DNA of 63,430 nt, counting the filler, from Rhabdomonas costata (Eukaryota), in the NCBI GenBank assembly GCA_019059605.1. It is 38 parts of 38 records of this genome, joined end to end, with 100 filler letters (N's around TTAATTAATTAA, not from the genome) between each part and the next. Parts side by side here need not be neighbours in the genome. Positions count along the whole stretch, not along the records: positions 48,493 to 50,062 come from JAHMHO010012814.1; positions 50,163 to 51,733 come from JAHMHO010012815.1; positions 51,834 to 53,404 come from JAHMHO010012816.1; positions 53,505 to 55,075 come from JAHMHO010012817.1; positions 55,176 to 56,746 come from JAHMHO010012818.1; positions 56,847 to 58,417 come from JAHMHO010012819.1; positions 58,518 to 60,088 come from JAHMHO010012820.1; positions 60,189 to 61,759 come from JAHMHO010012821.1; 30 more parts are not named here. One strand, given 5' to 3'. The number at the start of each line of letters is the position of its first letter. Position 1 is the first letter of the stretch. The position numbers and the translations under genes are program-made. Below, piece after piece: positions 49,433 to 62,452 of this stretch. Below the pieces are notes generated by a model. It had not been told where the DNA came from, ran no database searches, and worked only from the letters and a program-made list of their open reading frames with translations.

Positions 49433-49852
49433 CGAGCACGGGAACTTCGGCAGTTTGAACCCCGCACCCATCGAGATTTTACTCGCTCCTCTACGGGATG
49501 TGCAGCTTCAGCAGCGCCACCAATGAGCACACGGCACCGTGCATCCTAAACTATACATGGCAAACAAAAAAGGCCAGCTAACGCGCTTGCAGTAAACGCA
49601 TCCGTTTCTTCATGATGAAAACAATGGATGACAGAGGGGGAGGAGGAGACGGAATGAAAATAGCATCCGACATTCCCAAGCAACCGCGAGCAGAGGAGGG
49701 AGAGGAGGCACCTGATTCTGGGTGATCCCAGAGCCAGAGCACCGGCGGAAGGTCACGGAGGGGTCCACCAGCTCGGTGATCTTGCCCGCCAGCTCCTGCA
49801 GCTCTCGCCGGCTCAAGGAATGCCTAGCCGCGGCCAGCAAGGGGTCTCCCAC
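49433..49852 (-). CDS. Two internal exons of an unidentified protein
   Basis: ttttag|VGDPLLAAARHSLSRRELQELAGKITELVDP...QNQ|gtgcct and tttag|DARCRVLIGGAAEAAHPVEERVNLDG. The exons are GC-rich, open and have canonical borders. Confidence 0.45.
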
Positions 49853-51864
49853 CTAAAAAAAAAAGCAACATTTTTCAAGGGAAGGGCACCTCAAAGATGA
49901 GCGAGCCACACCTCTCTGACAGCAGCAGCAGGAGGAAAAGGAGGAGCTAATAATGACCAAAACCTCCACGCTTCAACATAAAGAATTACGATCGAAAGGA
50001 ATGCAAACGGTAACAGGGAGGGGGCTCTTCCCCCGGCCGTTAATGTACTTCTCACAACCCCCNNNNNNNNNNNNNNNNNNNNNNNNNNNNNNNNNNNNNN
50101 NNNNNNTTAATTAATTAANNNNNNNNNNNNNNNNNNNNNNNNNNNNNNNNNNNNNNNNNNNNGGCTCCGCTTCCTCCAGGAAAGACGGTGAAGTTTGATT
50201 TGAGGTAAGGCTGAGTGCAAGCGCACTTGGTGAAACAGCTACCTGCCCTCGAGTGCGATGACGGATCCCCAAATTAATGCTTGATGTGAGGATTCAAAGG
50301 CCGACTTTCCAAGGAGAACACCATCCATTTGCTGGTCCTGACATGTGTGTGCCGCACCTTGCCGTAGCCATTTCAGAGCGGAACGCGCGCCCAGCACTGC
50401 GGCCACCAGACCGAGGCAGGACAGCGACCACAGTCGCGCGCGGACATGCAGAGCAGCATGCTCGTGGGGCTCGTGCAGTGCACGTCGGCACCTTCGCCAA
50501 AAGTAATGAATTTCTTCAAAAAGCAATGGGGGAAGATAGATGCATGCAAACACATGAATGGGAAGTAAACATCATGCAATCGGCGGTGGTGGCGGTGATG
50601 AAGTCTTCTGCATTCTTTAGCAACACACGGACCCAAAAACTTGAGTTGGCCCTATTCATTGCCGATTTTCGGGCCAGACTGTCCTGAGGAGTATGGTTGG
50701 TTCCAGCGTGGAATTCCGAACTGAAAATGAGAAAAATGCGGAAAATGAGAGGAGGTGTGCGTGTGTGATAAGGCACCGGAATTTGCTCGCTTGCATCGCT
50801 GTTAGCTAGTTTGGCGGTGTGCTCCTCTGCTTCTGACAATGTCATGGCTACAATTCCCAGCGGCAGCGGAAACAAAAAATGATCAGAGCAGAGGTAAACG
50901 TTGAATCGAGGGCATAGGTGAGAGAAACGTCGAGATCTCTCGCGCTCACCATAAACGGCCCCGCCCCCTTCATTCACCATCGCAGCATTCCCATTCGTTT
51001 ACACAATCCAAACAGGCGATCTGCTGACCAATACGACCTGGCAATTGTGACCCTACCCCATTCATCAGAGCGTTCTAACCCCACACGGCTTTCACGCCGA
51101 CTCCTGATCGCCTACCGGGCTCGCGACACCTTCACAGGTAGAATGCGTATGCATAGGAATACTTCGATACTGGTAAGGAAAGGGTCGCCAGAACGACGCC
51201 AGAGAACCCAGCGCCCTCTGCCGTGCTACGAGTCTTATCATTGGGGAGGCCCATCTGCGCGGAGAAACGGTATACTGTTATTGGACGACAATGGACCGAA
51301 CGTGTAAGGCAAGTGAGAGGGACCGCGTAAGAGGGAAATGGGGCGATACTTGTGAAGCTCCCAGCACTGTTGAACTCGGAAGGACAGCAGTAGGCAGCAG
51401 AGCAGGCCGCATAATAGCGTTTGCCGCTGAAGGTGTAACGCGAGCGACAAAGATAAGCGATTACAGAACCAAACAGGGAAGAGCAGCAATCTTAACGAGC
51501 GCTCTTATTTCATCCAGCATTTCCGACGGCGAAAATCTAAGCGCCCGCATATCAATGAACATGAACACCGCAGAAGAAAAAGGGATGGTCACAAGGCCAA
51601 CGAATGTACAGCGTCACATAGGGAACCGCCGCGCAAAAGAAGGTAGAGGCAGGCAGAAAAAAACTGACTCTCGGACTGCTCTTAATGACAGTTATGAACA
51701 GAAGACTGCTTTTCTAGTAAAAGAACACAAACANNNNNNNNNNNNNNNNNNNNNNNNNNNNNNNNNNNNNNNNNNNNTTAATTAATTAANNNNNNNNNNN
51801 NNNNNNNNNNNNNNNNNNNNNNNNNNNNNNNNNTTGGTGTGTTTTGTGGAGGGACGGGGGGGGG

Positions 51865-53404
51865 TTAGGTCCACGCCTCCCACGCCGAGGCAGAGCGCGG
51901 CGCCATCCCGGCCTTCTCCGCGCGCCGGCGCCACTCATAGTGCCGCAGGATATGCAGGATGAAACCCTCCAGATGGGCGGCCAGGCGAATGACGTACAGG
52001 ATGAGCTGCCCCGTGGCGGCCCTATAGCGCCCCGTATCCTTCTCCAGCACGTAGGCCAGCATGTCCTCCACAGCCTGCGCATCGGAGAGGACAGAGAGCG
52101 GAGCAAAGCGACGGAGTACCGAGGGCATCTCGTTTTCACAACGGCTCGCGTATTGTTACAGGACGATAGTGTGTGAGGTGGCAACCTTTCCATTGGATTG
52201 ACAGCGGCAACAGGACGTCAATTTTCAATTCAATGACAGTTGATGGTGGGCAGTTATTTGGGAACAATTTCGGGTCACCAGAGGATAGGATGGCGGGAAA
52301 GTTTTCTCTCATAATATCACACACAGCTACATTCGCTCACTCCCACGACTGTGAAAAACACACTCGCACACACCAGCACAGTGTTTGCCGGGGAGTGCGT
52401 CAGCTCATTCAGCAGCAGCCCAGAAGGCGTGGCGAGGTACTCCCGGCTAGGAACGGGCACCGTCTCCGGGGCCTTCAGCTCGCCAGGTTGCTGAATAGTC
52501 GCATGCAGCAACCTCATCCAAGCGCACACACCGGTGCATAGACTCCCACACAGCCACGAAATGCGGTTGAAAAGAAGCGAAAGCGTTGAGGGCCCTTCTG
52601 CGTGGCCCAAGAATAGTACGCTGAACCCACCCACCCCTTCTAAAATGTGTACAAATTTGCGCAACGTCTGTGTGTCTGTGTGAAAGGGCAACGGTCCTCC
52701 TCCTTCCGGGAAAAACCTATCAAATGTCAGGCCTGCGGATGGGGAATGACAAACAGAGAACCTGCCACAGAGCGGGCTCAAACAAGCAGGCGTCGACCAC
52801 AGCCTGAAGCTCCTCGTGTGCCAAGGCGTTGACGCGCTGCTTGTCCGCAAAGAACCTGTGCGGAATCCCCAACGACAACGCACTATGAATCAGGCTAGTA
52901 TTCAAGCAAGTATATTCAGGCCGTCCTTCGGATTCTATTCTCCCATCTCCCTCTCTTCAGCATTTACGCACTGCCCTCCCCCACGGCGAGAAATCCGCTT
53001 CCAATTTTCGCATACCACACTTCGGGCAATAGCCGGCTGGTGGGGTTCTCGAAACTACTATCCATCACGATGCCCCCCCTCCGCCGGCATCCACATTCTA
53101 TGCATACTGAAGCACAAGAGGGATCCTGAGGTAGGGCACTGTGAGGAACTGAAGCATCAGCTCCACCTCGCTGGCGCGCAGCCTGCCCCCAAAGGTGGGC
53201 AGGTTCTGGATGTGCAGGACATCGTCCTCGGTTTCCACCCGCTGGCCAAGCAGCTGGCTAGGGCTGCTGGAGCTGGGCGGGGCGCGGGGGCGCTCCACGA
53301 ACCCAAACAGGTGTTTCAGTCGGGACCAGACCCCGCCAGAGCCCTTGGTTGGGGTGGCGCCCACCTTACGGTCTTCCTTCTCCTCCTTGATGTACCCACA
53401 ACAC
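51865..53404 (-). CDS. Internal exons of a large conserved protist protein (possibly the DUF3638/DUF3645-containing giant family), exons 53404-53108, 52855-52762, 52490-52374 and 52074-about 51865
   Basis: The spliced product reads VETEDDVLHIQNLPTFGGRL...LQFLTVPYLRIPLVLQ|FFADKQRVNALAHEELQAVVDACLFEPALWQ|QPGELK...LATPSGLLLNELTHSP...|AVEDMLAYVLEKDTGRY, with three in-phase GT-AG introns. The family name is from recall only. Confidence 0.7.
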
Positions 53405-54465
53405 NNNNNNNNNNNNNNNNNNNNNNNNNNNNNNNNNNNNNNNNNNNNTTAATTAATTAANNNNNNNNNNNNNNNNNNNNNNNNNNNNNNNNNNNNNNNN
53501 NNNNGGGGTTGTTGGGTAAGAATGCTACTATGCCTGCATATCTTATCTTTTCTTATGGGTGGGGTGGGGGCTTGTTGCCAGACTTTTGCGCTATATGCAA
53601 GAAAAGTGAGGCCTTCCATTTTCTTGTGTCAGTGTTCTCCGTACCTCTACGCTCAGACGCCGTCGGAGTTGTGGGAAAGTGTCGTTGATGCTCACAAATC
53701 TGTGTGTTATTTTTCACTTCTGTTTGGTGTCATGCCGTGTGTATGGACTCAGTGCATCTCCTGAACCAAAGGGATCGTGAAAAAAAGCAATCCTGACGCA
53801 GCATACACGTTCTGCAATGCACACCTCCCTGCGGTGCACAGGTGTGTTGAATGCCACCTCCACCTCCACGATGTACCATTTTGTACCCTGTACCCTGTGT
53901 GCTGTGGAAATCCCAGTGAGAGGGTTCGTGAGCACCTCTCCAGGGGCCGACTTTCAGATGTCCCTCCTGATGCCGCCCTACTCGCGCGCTGGGTGGTGCT
54001 GAATTTGTGGACAGTTTTGTTGTTCACGTGTTGAAGCTCAATTTACCGCTTTATGCTGGGAGGGGTTTTCGGAGTGGCTGAACAGGCAGTGAGGGGAACT
54101 GCATAAATGGCAAGAGGATGTTCCGGTGGATCGCTTTCGTTCTCCTGAGCTTTGCCAGTTGAGCACCTTGCTCCAAGTGGGGCTTGATTGTTGCTAGACT
54201 GTGTAAAACGTGCTTCCTAGGACTGCGGTTATCTTCCCCCTCCCCCTCCCCCCCAAAAAAAAGGGATAAGTGTGTCCCCATTCCCTTGGTTTCGTGTTTG
54301 TTCTGTGTGTTCTGCAACGATCTTTTGCGGGTTGGGCTGCCACAGCTCCGCATTCTCTGCTGTTCTCCTTGGGGGGTGAATTCTGGTATGAACACCACTC
54401 GTGGCCACCTTCGGAAAAGCCCAAACTTCCCCAAGGGGTTAGAAGCTCCCACTCACTTTTTGGTT

Positions 54466-54773
54466 ATGCTTTTCTGCTGGGCACTTGTGGTGTGGTGGCT
54501 CGGCCTTGGCCCCACGTCGGCTTGTGGGGGTACGGCTGCTGGCGGGCAGCAAGGCCCCTTCCTGTCTTTCCGGCCCGTTCACAAGCTGCCCTATGTGGGG
54601 TTCAACAACCAAAGGCAGGTGCTCCGCGCCGCGTTCTTCCTGGCGGTGCTGCTGAACCGGACATTGGTGGTGCCGCCAAAGCTGTGCGGGTACCATGATC
54701 TGGGCTGTGGGATGCAGGACTGGGGGCTGTTCTTTGACCTCCCCAGGCTGGCCCGCGGGGTCCCCTTTGTGCG
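54466..54773 (+). CDS. GDP-fucose O-fucosyltransferase-like (O-FucT) protein, first exon
   Basis: A signal peptide is followed by GFNNQRQVLRAAFFLAVLLNRTLVVPP...FFDLPRL, the O-FucT N-terminal signature. Donor gtgtgc at 54774. Confidence 0.85.
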
Positions 54774-56536
54774 GTGTGCGTGTGTGTGTGACCATGTGGA
54801 AGGTTGGGTACGCGCCAGTCGGGGTTTCTAAGGCCCGGCGTACACTGTGGACCGGGGTCACATGGGGTAATTCAACCGTGTGTGACAACAGAAAAGGACA
54901 AGGCGCCGTGGAACGTCAAGGGGGTTGAGGCGCGATGCAGGGAGGGATAGGGGAGCCCAGGACGGAAGTGGACCTCGAGTCCTCAGAAAATTTCACCCTG
55001 GCCAAGGGCACCATGTGTGTTGTGCGGAAACGCTTCTTAGTCAACCATGCCGATTGCACTTTCCCATTTCACTTGNNNNNNNNNNNNNNNNNNNNNNNNN
55101 NNNNNNNNNNNNNNNNNNNTTAATTAATTAANNNNNNNNNNNNNNNNNNNNNNNNNNNNNNNNNNNNNNNNNNNNGGGGGGAAAGGAGGTGGATTCGAGT
55201 TGGACTTGGCAAATCAATGGGCATTCCTCAGACGTTCCACAACAAGCAAAGGTGGGACGGGCGGGTGAGCAGTCGCCTGCGCGGTGTGAAGCCTTCCTAG
55301 TGGGTGGATACGTACGTCGGTCCGCTGTCGTCTGCTTTGTTTTATTCGGCATTACTTTCGTTGTGTACCACAGTGAAAATATGAAACTAACTTCCCTAAC
55401 TTCATGCGAGAAGAATGACAAAATCCGAACATAGGTAATGCTCCCTAACCTCAGGTGAGAAGAATAACAAAATCCCACGCACGAGAGTAAGGGTAATCTT
55501 GAACTTTTCCATCCATTTTCTTCGTTTCTTATCATTTCCAACTATATCCAGAAGGTCATAAAGCGAAAGCATCTCAAATAAACACCTAAAAGGGAAGCGT
55601 GGTACACAACGAAAGTAACACCTTTTATTCTTCCCCTAAGCAAACAAGTCAAAAAGAAGTTAAAAGGTAAATCTGTCCATCAATGGAGGACTTCCAAAAA
55701 TTAAAAGTGCCCCTGAGTTGCGTTTTGTTGTGTCTGGTACGTACGGTATACCTTGGGGTGCGAGAACTGTTCGCCATATTTCCACAGTCTAAGGTTAAAA
55801 CTTCCCTCTTATCTGCCCTCAATCGTCGTTTGCCCGCCTCACATCCTCTTCCAACTTTCGGCGCCTGCAGAGGTTGTTTTTGTTAGCTTTGCGTTTTCTG
55901 TTTTTGTTGTCTTTGTTTGCGTTGTTCCTGTGTTGTTTTTGTTGCTGCTGCTTGCTCACTGCTTTCCTCGTCTTCGCGCCGGCACTCCCGTTGACCAAAA
56001 GGCAGGGGCTCGCGTGACCTTCTACCGTTGGTTCCAGCGCCCTTTCCTTCGCCCAAACCCCATCCTTCCGCAAATGCCGTTTCTGAGCTTCCTAAAGACG
56101 AGCTTCAAGAGTGAGCCCTCCTCGAAGGGGTCCAAGCCGCGGCCTCGGGAGTCTGGCGGCGCCCGGCGCCGAGAGGAGGCCGGTGCCCCCCTGGAGAGAT
56201 TGGGCTCGAGCTGCAGCTCCGCCCCCCGAACTCCCGCGAGTGGCGGGGGGGATGACCGGTGCTTCCGGTTCCACTCCATCTTGTATTCCCGGCCGATGGT
56301 CAAGGTCTGCGTCGTTCTTGTCGCCAACATCTGACCTCTTGTTTTTTCACTCAGGCCTTGTGCGCATACCGGCAACTGTGCAGCAGTGTAATATCGCTTA
56401 CCTGCTCGCCACCGTCGACGAGCTGCGAGCCCAAGAAACAATGAAGCATGAAGAGATCTGCGAGTGCCAAAGAGAGCAGCAGATAAGGGTACAAAAAAGG
56501 TTCCGAAGTCGTGAACCCTTGAAGAGTGTCTGAGAC

Positions 56537-56701
56537 GGCCCACGGTTGGGCTCTCCGTGGTAAGAAGAAGCTGACATGAGGATCAGGTGGAAGAACAGTC
56601 GAAAGGGGGCCACCCAGCGATAAGCACGGCGAGCGAAGAGATTTAGATCTCCCTAGAACTGCGGTTTAATGCCCCACTGGGCTTTCCCAAGAACCTCCAC
56701 C
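56537..56701 (+). repeat. Dispersed repeat, copy B (homologous to about 4110-4260)
   Basis: Shares ttagatctccctagaac and flanking blocks with copy A. Confidence 0.75.
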
Positions 56702-56853
56702 CATTCGCATCAGACGCTCCCCGGCCGAAGCGGCCGAAGCGTTTTGNNNNNNNNNNNNNNNNNNNNNNNNNNNNNNNNNNNNNNNNNNNNTTAATTAATT
56801 AANNNNNNNNNNNNNNNNNNNNNNNNNNNNNNNNNNNNNNNNNNNNTGTTGGT

Positions 56854-56987
56854 GTGGAGAGTGAACTTGCTGGACAAGGACCCCTTTCTTTCGTTGATGG
56901 AGCAGATGCGATCAGGGCAAATGTCCATCACGAATCTGCTCCATCAACGAAAGAAAGGGGTCCTTGTCCAGCAAGTTCACTCTCCAC
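56854..56987. repeat. Perfect inverted repeat (54-bp arms, 26-nt loop) at a contig start
   Basis: 56854-56907 is the reverse complement of 56934-56987. Confidence 0.95.
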
Positions 56988-59900
56988 TGGAACTGGCCAG
57001 TACACACCAGGCCAGGCTTGCTTTTGTGCACACTGGCCTTCAGCTCAGAGCCACATTTGGAGCACTTGGAAGGCGGCTCTCGGAGAACTCCATAACCCCT
57101 TAATCACTCTCGGAGCTTTGCTTCGTCACTGCAGAGCTCCAGGACATCATGAAGTGTCAATATGAGCAATGAAAGGAGCCTTAAAAAAAGGTACACTGCT
57201 GAAGGAGTGCCAAATAAGCTTCACCCGATAGCAATGAGCCTCCCAGCCCCCCGGCTCGTCGAGAGGATAGGCAGAACTTTCAGCCATCGGGTGAACCGGA
57301 CAACGGCATTCCACACAACACTGCAGCATGTCACACCGTAGGTTCCGCCCAAGGCTCCGTACCCCAGGCCAAAGGTTGGTACGGAGGACATCCCATAATA
57401 GGCGGGGGCGTTGGAAACTCCAGAGAACAGGGACGGGCCCGCCCCCGTGGCGACTGCGGCGGGGGCAGCTACCCCTGTGGCTTCCAAAGAAGCCCCAGCC
57501 GAGGGAAAACTGGAAGCTGGCACCCCGCTTGTAGCTAATGGGCTAGAAGCTCCAGGAATGAAAGCAGTACTGTGAACAGCAGAGAAACTTCCCCGGGAGG
57601 AACAACTCGAGCTCACTAACATACTACTCCCCATGCACGGGATGTCCTTACCCCCTCCCTCCCGATTGGATGGTGATTACAACAGTGGACAGCGAACCGC
57701 TACCTTATGCTCGAATCGTTGCAAAATCAAGCCCTTTCTCCGAGGATCGTTAAAGATGCCATTGGAGTGGGAGGACTGTCAGCTCTACTTCTTTTTGCAT
57801 TACTCATAATTCAAGAATACCTCCCTCCTCACCCAGTCGTACCGTAGAAAGCATAGATATTTTTAAAGACCCACCACTGTATGTGTTTTACGGATGATGG
57901 GGTGACGGTGGCAATGTATGTCCTTCAAAACACGTGCACTCAAGAATAGGATTAACAACAAACCTGCATGTTGCAGCTACCGGGGAGGCCATGTGGCTGC
58001 AAGAGGAGGGGTTCGCACAACCCATGGAGGAGCATTGCCTGGCCAATTCATAGGGCTTCGGCGGTGATCGGATTTGATCCATGTGTCGAACGAAGGCCGC
58101 ACACACACAAACACACAAAGCAGGGAGCGCAAAACGAAGAATGAAGATGAGCGATTCCACCGGTATACAAAAAACTCTCGAAGTTGCTACGGCAGCCGGA
58201 GTGAAACGAAAATCAGAAAAGGTAAACGACAAAGGCAAGTCGCATCCGCTGGCAAGGGAACCCGTCTGACGCGGCTTGGGTTTTTTTTGCACATCGCATG
58301 GGGCTGACCACCATTGTAAATGTCAAGAGCGGATTCCATTATTCGAAGCAACGAAGAGTTGGCTGTCAATGCGAAAACGCCGCTTCAAAATTTCTTTGCA
58401 ATTTCCGACCACCAACGNNNNNNNNNNNNNNNNNNNNNNNNNNNNNNNNNNNNNNNNNNNNTTAATTAATTAANNNNNNNNNNNNNNNNNNNNNNNNNNN
58501 NNNNNNNNNNNNNNNNNTTGTGGTGGTGAAGAGAAGGAAACGCTTGGGGCGCGTGGGAATGGCCTCTGTTTCCGCACGCAATAATCAGAACAAAATAGAC
58601 GTGGGTGACGGGAAGGATCGGAGACCACATGTCAGAGAGCCCCAGAGAATGAGAGAAAGAAACACACAAAAGAAAAAGAGGGGAGGCTGGATGGGTAGGC
58701 TGCGGTGAATTGGGGATGCGCGGGTGTAGGCATAGGCGAAGAAAGGTTGGCAGGCGCGCGCGAAGGCGCGTTTCATACTGCGCGCTATCGGGCGCGAGGC
58801 CAAACAGAAAACTGAGCGTGGGGATGGGATGGGAGATGGTCCAGGATGGCGAAAGGTGATGAGATGTCAGGAAAGAAATTGGGTGAATGGAGGCAGAATG
58901 CTTTCACAACGACCCCCAAGACTTCACCTGCTTATGAGGTTAGAAACTTGATGACAGCCTATTGGGGTATTGGCAGGCAGTCGGTACGTATAGAGTTGAA
59001 GTGACTTTCAAGGCTGCACCCCCCCACACACACAGTCCGGCCTATTACTTATCGCGACTTGCGACACCGACATTACGAGTGCATAATAAATGCACGCTTG
59101 AGTCTTAGTTAGGGGAGAAGCCCCGGAAGACTGGCCCTTCCGCGCCCGCAACCTCTTTGGCGGCCTCGGCCACGGAGCATTCCGGGCAGAGGGCGGCCCC
59201 ACCCCCACACACGACCTTTGGGGTTTCTCAGCAGAGGCTATCTCCCTCGCTGGGCCGAGAATGGGTGCCAGGCCCTGGGTCCTACGAGCTCCCAGGGTGT
59301 GCCGAGGGGTTTTGGGGGGGAGCGGGGTGTCTGTGGTAGTGCCGAACCAATTTGCTCTCAATCGCTTTTTTTACTCGGACCAGCTCATGAACGTTTCTGG
59401 CAGATGTGTAGGAAGTTGTGAATTGATGGGAGGACGAAACTCGGTCCATCAAAAGGTTGTAGAGTTTGAAACGAGATGTGTTTGAGTAAGATTGCATCTC
59501 ATGCGTATCACGCTTAGGGTGCCTTTTGTCCTTCTTTATCGCCATTTGTGGGTAGTGCCTTTTGGGAACCCTGCAGCCAAATCTGCATGTATATATCACC
59601 CGCTGTTGTGGCTTCGGACGGAGTCTGTGCTCGCTTCAGCGCTTGGAGTCGTGTTAGTGATGGATCCTGCTTTGCTTAGGTTTGGGTCCCGAGGTGAGGT
59701 GGCTGCTGCACCGGCGGTAGGGTCTCGGTTTGGCACCATGGGCTGTCCTGGCCGGCACTCCTCAAGGCTGTTTCGTGACCTCGCGAGGAAAGCAAAATCC
59801 TGCCCCGGTTTGTGTGCTTGTGCGCTTATTTATGCTTATGGTGTCCGTGTGCGTTCTCCTATGCACTCCATGATGTCCTGTTGATAGGTTGATAAGTTCA

Positions 59901-60190
59901 CCTCATCGGAAATGGAGCGCACTTGCAGATCTTGAAAGTTTTCCGGTGTGCTGAGTTAGGATGACAGCACAAGCCAAATGGATTTCTTTCAAATCTGTGC
60001 TGTCACAGCTGGCCTCTCTCCCCTCATCCCATTTCCGCACGTACGACGATTTGCGTGGATTGAGGCTAAGCCGTTTTAACCCAAAACANNNNNNNNNNNN
60101 NNNNNNNNNNNNNNNNNNNNNNNNNNNNNNNNTTAATTAATTAANNNNNNNNNNNNNNNNNNNNNNNNNNNNNNNNNNNNNNNNNNNNAT

Positions 60191-61759
60191 CCTCATCATA
60201 CTTTTCAGGCGGATTTCCTCGCTCCCATTGACTGGAAAGCCTACGGACTGTATGATCTCAGGAATCGCAGAGTTCACCTTCGACCCACAGCCATCAACCA
60301 CCCAAGGCTCCTGGAATCTCTCTTTTACCGCCTCGGGGAAGCACAAGACATTGCCGAGCTTTCCTCCTTCGTCTCACGCTGCTCCGACCCCTCTGCCCAG
60401 AAGCCGGACCTACCTCCTGAGCTAAAATGGATACCGAACATCTTCTCCCTTGGTGAGAAGGAGGCAATTGTCGTCCACCCACGCTACTCACCCAGCACTC
60501 TGTGTCCGTGGTTAACCCAAAAAACCCTTCGTTCAGCTCCGTTCGATGACGAAGAAGCTTTTCTTGAGACGTGTCTACTCCACAACAAAGACAACTTGCC
60601 TTCCCCAACCCAGATTATCAGAGATTTTGTACTCCTGGATCTGCGCTTCTGGCCAGTGGGATATCGCACCATGATGAACGAGATCAGGAACACCTGGCTA
60701 TCCCTCACCGAGACTTCTTCTTATGACATGGGCTGGGCGTTGTCCGAAGAAGAGCTCGAAGCAAAGCTTTCTCTGGACTATACCAATCAGAAGCTACTCA
60801 GACATCAGCGACACGAAGATATGCTCGGATCCATTCCCCCTTGGTCCAGAGGACCTGACCAACCCGAAAACTCCTGGCAAGAGCAGGAATGCGCTCTGAG
60901 CACCCTAGAAAGACACATCTCATCCCTCACAACCCACACCTCCAGGTTTCCACTTGAAGGACTACCTTACATTAACCCAGTTTATATTTCCGGTCCGCCT
61001 GGCTCAGGCAAAACCCACATCCTCCTCACCCTTGCGGCAATTGCTCACACCAACCCCTTTTTGAACTGGGAGATTGCCGCAGTCAGTGCACACCGCGCTG
61101 CACTGCTTGGCGGGGTGCACATCCACCTTCTCTTTGGGTTCAAATCAGACCGACGACGAAGAGTGCAGACTGCATCCGCCCTTGCAGCTACAGCGTGGAC
61201 CCACCTCCAACATCATCCCGTCCAAAGGAGACAGCTTCAAGAACTCCACATCCTTTTCCTGGACGAGATGGCCACGGTTGGGGCGACCCTGCTGGATGCA
61301 ATTGATATCCTCCTCCGTCGGCTCAGAGGCAATTCCAAACCTTTCGGGGGAATATGTGTTATTGGGTGCGGAGACCACTACCAGATCGAGCCGATACAGC
61401 AGCGGTCACCTCTGCAATCGGACCTCTTCAAGTTCTACTTCACCACAATTGTCCTGACGCAGATGTACCGCTCGCGTACTGACCCGCTTTTGCAAGACCT
61501 GATCCGGGTTCTCCGCACCCCAGTACTCACAGAGAATCAGATCAACTTCGCTGTGAGCATTCTCTTCACTCACTGCAGCATTGTCGCCGTACCCGCTTTG
61601 GTACCAGCTACAGCAACCTGGCTATTGGCAACTCACAAGGCGGTTGAAGCGGTCAGGGACGCTCGTTTTCGATCGTCGCTGGCCGAAAAGCGGCTTTATC
61701 TCTCCTCAGATTATGCACTTCGTTCTGGTTCCTGGCAACAAACCTTTGACAAACAAAAC
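60191..61759 (+). CDS. PIF1-family (SF1B) helicase in an intronless ORF spanning the whole contig (about 523 codons, open at both ends); possibly Helitron-like
   Basis: Motifs ISGPPGSGKT, AALLGGVHIHLLFG, LFLDEMATVG, KPFGGICVIGCGDHYQIEPI and LTQMYR...D. The frame stays open upstream of the listed start (60596) to the contig edge. Confidence 0.92.
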
Positions 61760-61993
61760 NNNNNNNNNNNNNNNNNNNNNNNNNNNNNNNNNNNNNNNNN
61801 NNNTTAATTAATTAANNNNNNNNNNNNNNNNNNNNNNNNNNNNNNNNNNNNNNNNNNNNTGTGTTACGTGTGTTTGGGTGTTGTGTGTACACGTTGGAAC
61901 TTGGGGACGCGCAGCCTAGCAGAGCGTCCCAAGACATCCCCATACGGCCTGAATAATATCTCCGGTCGACGCATTTGGACTTTTTCTCTTCAG

Positions 61994-62452
61994 TTGTACT
62001 TGGGCCCCTCGTCATCTACGCGACCTACAACGTTGCGGTGGCAGTCGACAAGGGGTTCAAGCCCAAGCTCCCTGTTCTTCGCAGGTAAGGGCAGCGGTTC
62101 TGCATGGATGGGATGGTAGGTGCCCAAGGGGAAATCGAAAGTGGGTCTAAAATGGGTCTTTGACAAGATTCTCCACTCCGCTTATGGTGAGGTCGATCGT
62201 CTTAGACCTACTTCCCGGGGTCGAAACCGTCGCATCGAAGCACCACTCGGCTCAAACGGACGTGTATCCCCTCTCACTGCGCCTGCGAGCTTACCTCACC
62301 GTCGCCTGCCGGGGTAACGCCCTGCGTGGAATTGTGTTTTCTTTTAGGCTGGACCCGGCGCTGAAGTGGCTGTACAGCCGCAGCGAGCCAGCCCAGCTGT
62401 ACGCCGCCCTGCTGGAGGTCATGTTTGGAGTCATTCTGGTGCTGAACGTGAT
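61994..62452 (+). CDS. TMEM33/Pom33 (UPF0121)-like membrane protein, exons 61994-62084 and 62348-62452
   Basis: The spliced product reads VLGPLVIYATYNVAVAVDKGFKPKLPVLRR|LDPALKWLYSRSEPAQLYAALLEVMFGVILVLNV, with an in-phase GT-AG intron. Confidence 0.55.

Noticed and set aside
1573..61859. Regularly spaced TTAATTAATTAA as a biological repeat or CRISPR-like array
   Set aside because: It is embedded in fixed N runs and is a six-frame-stop assembly linker.
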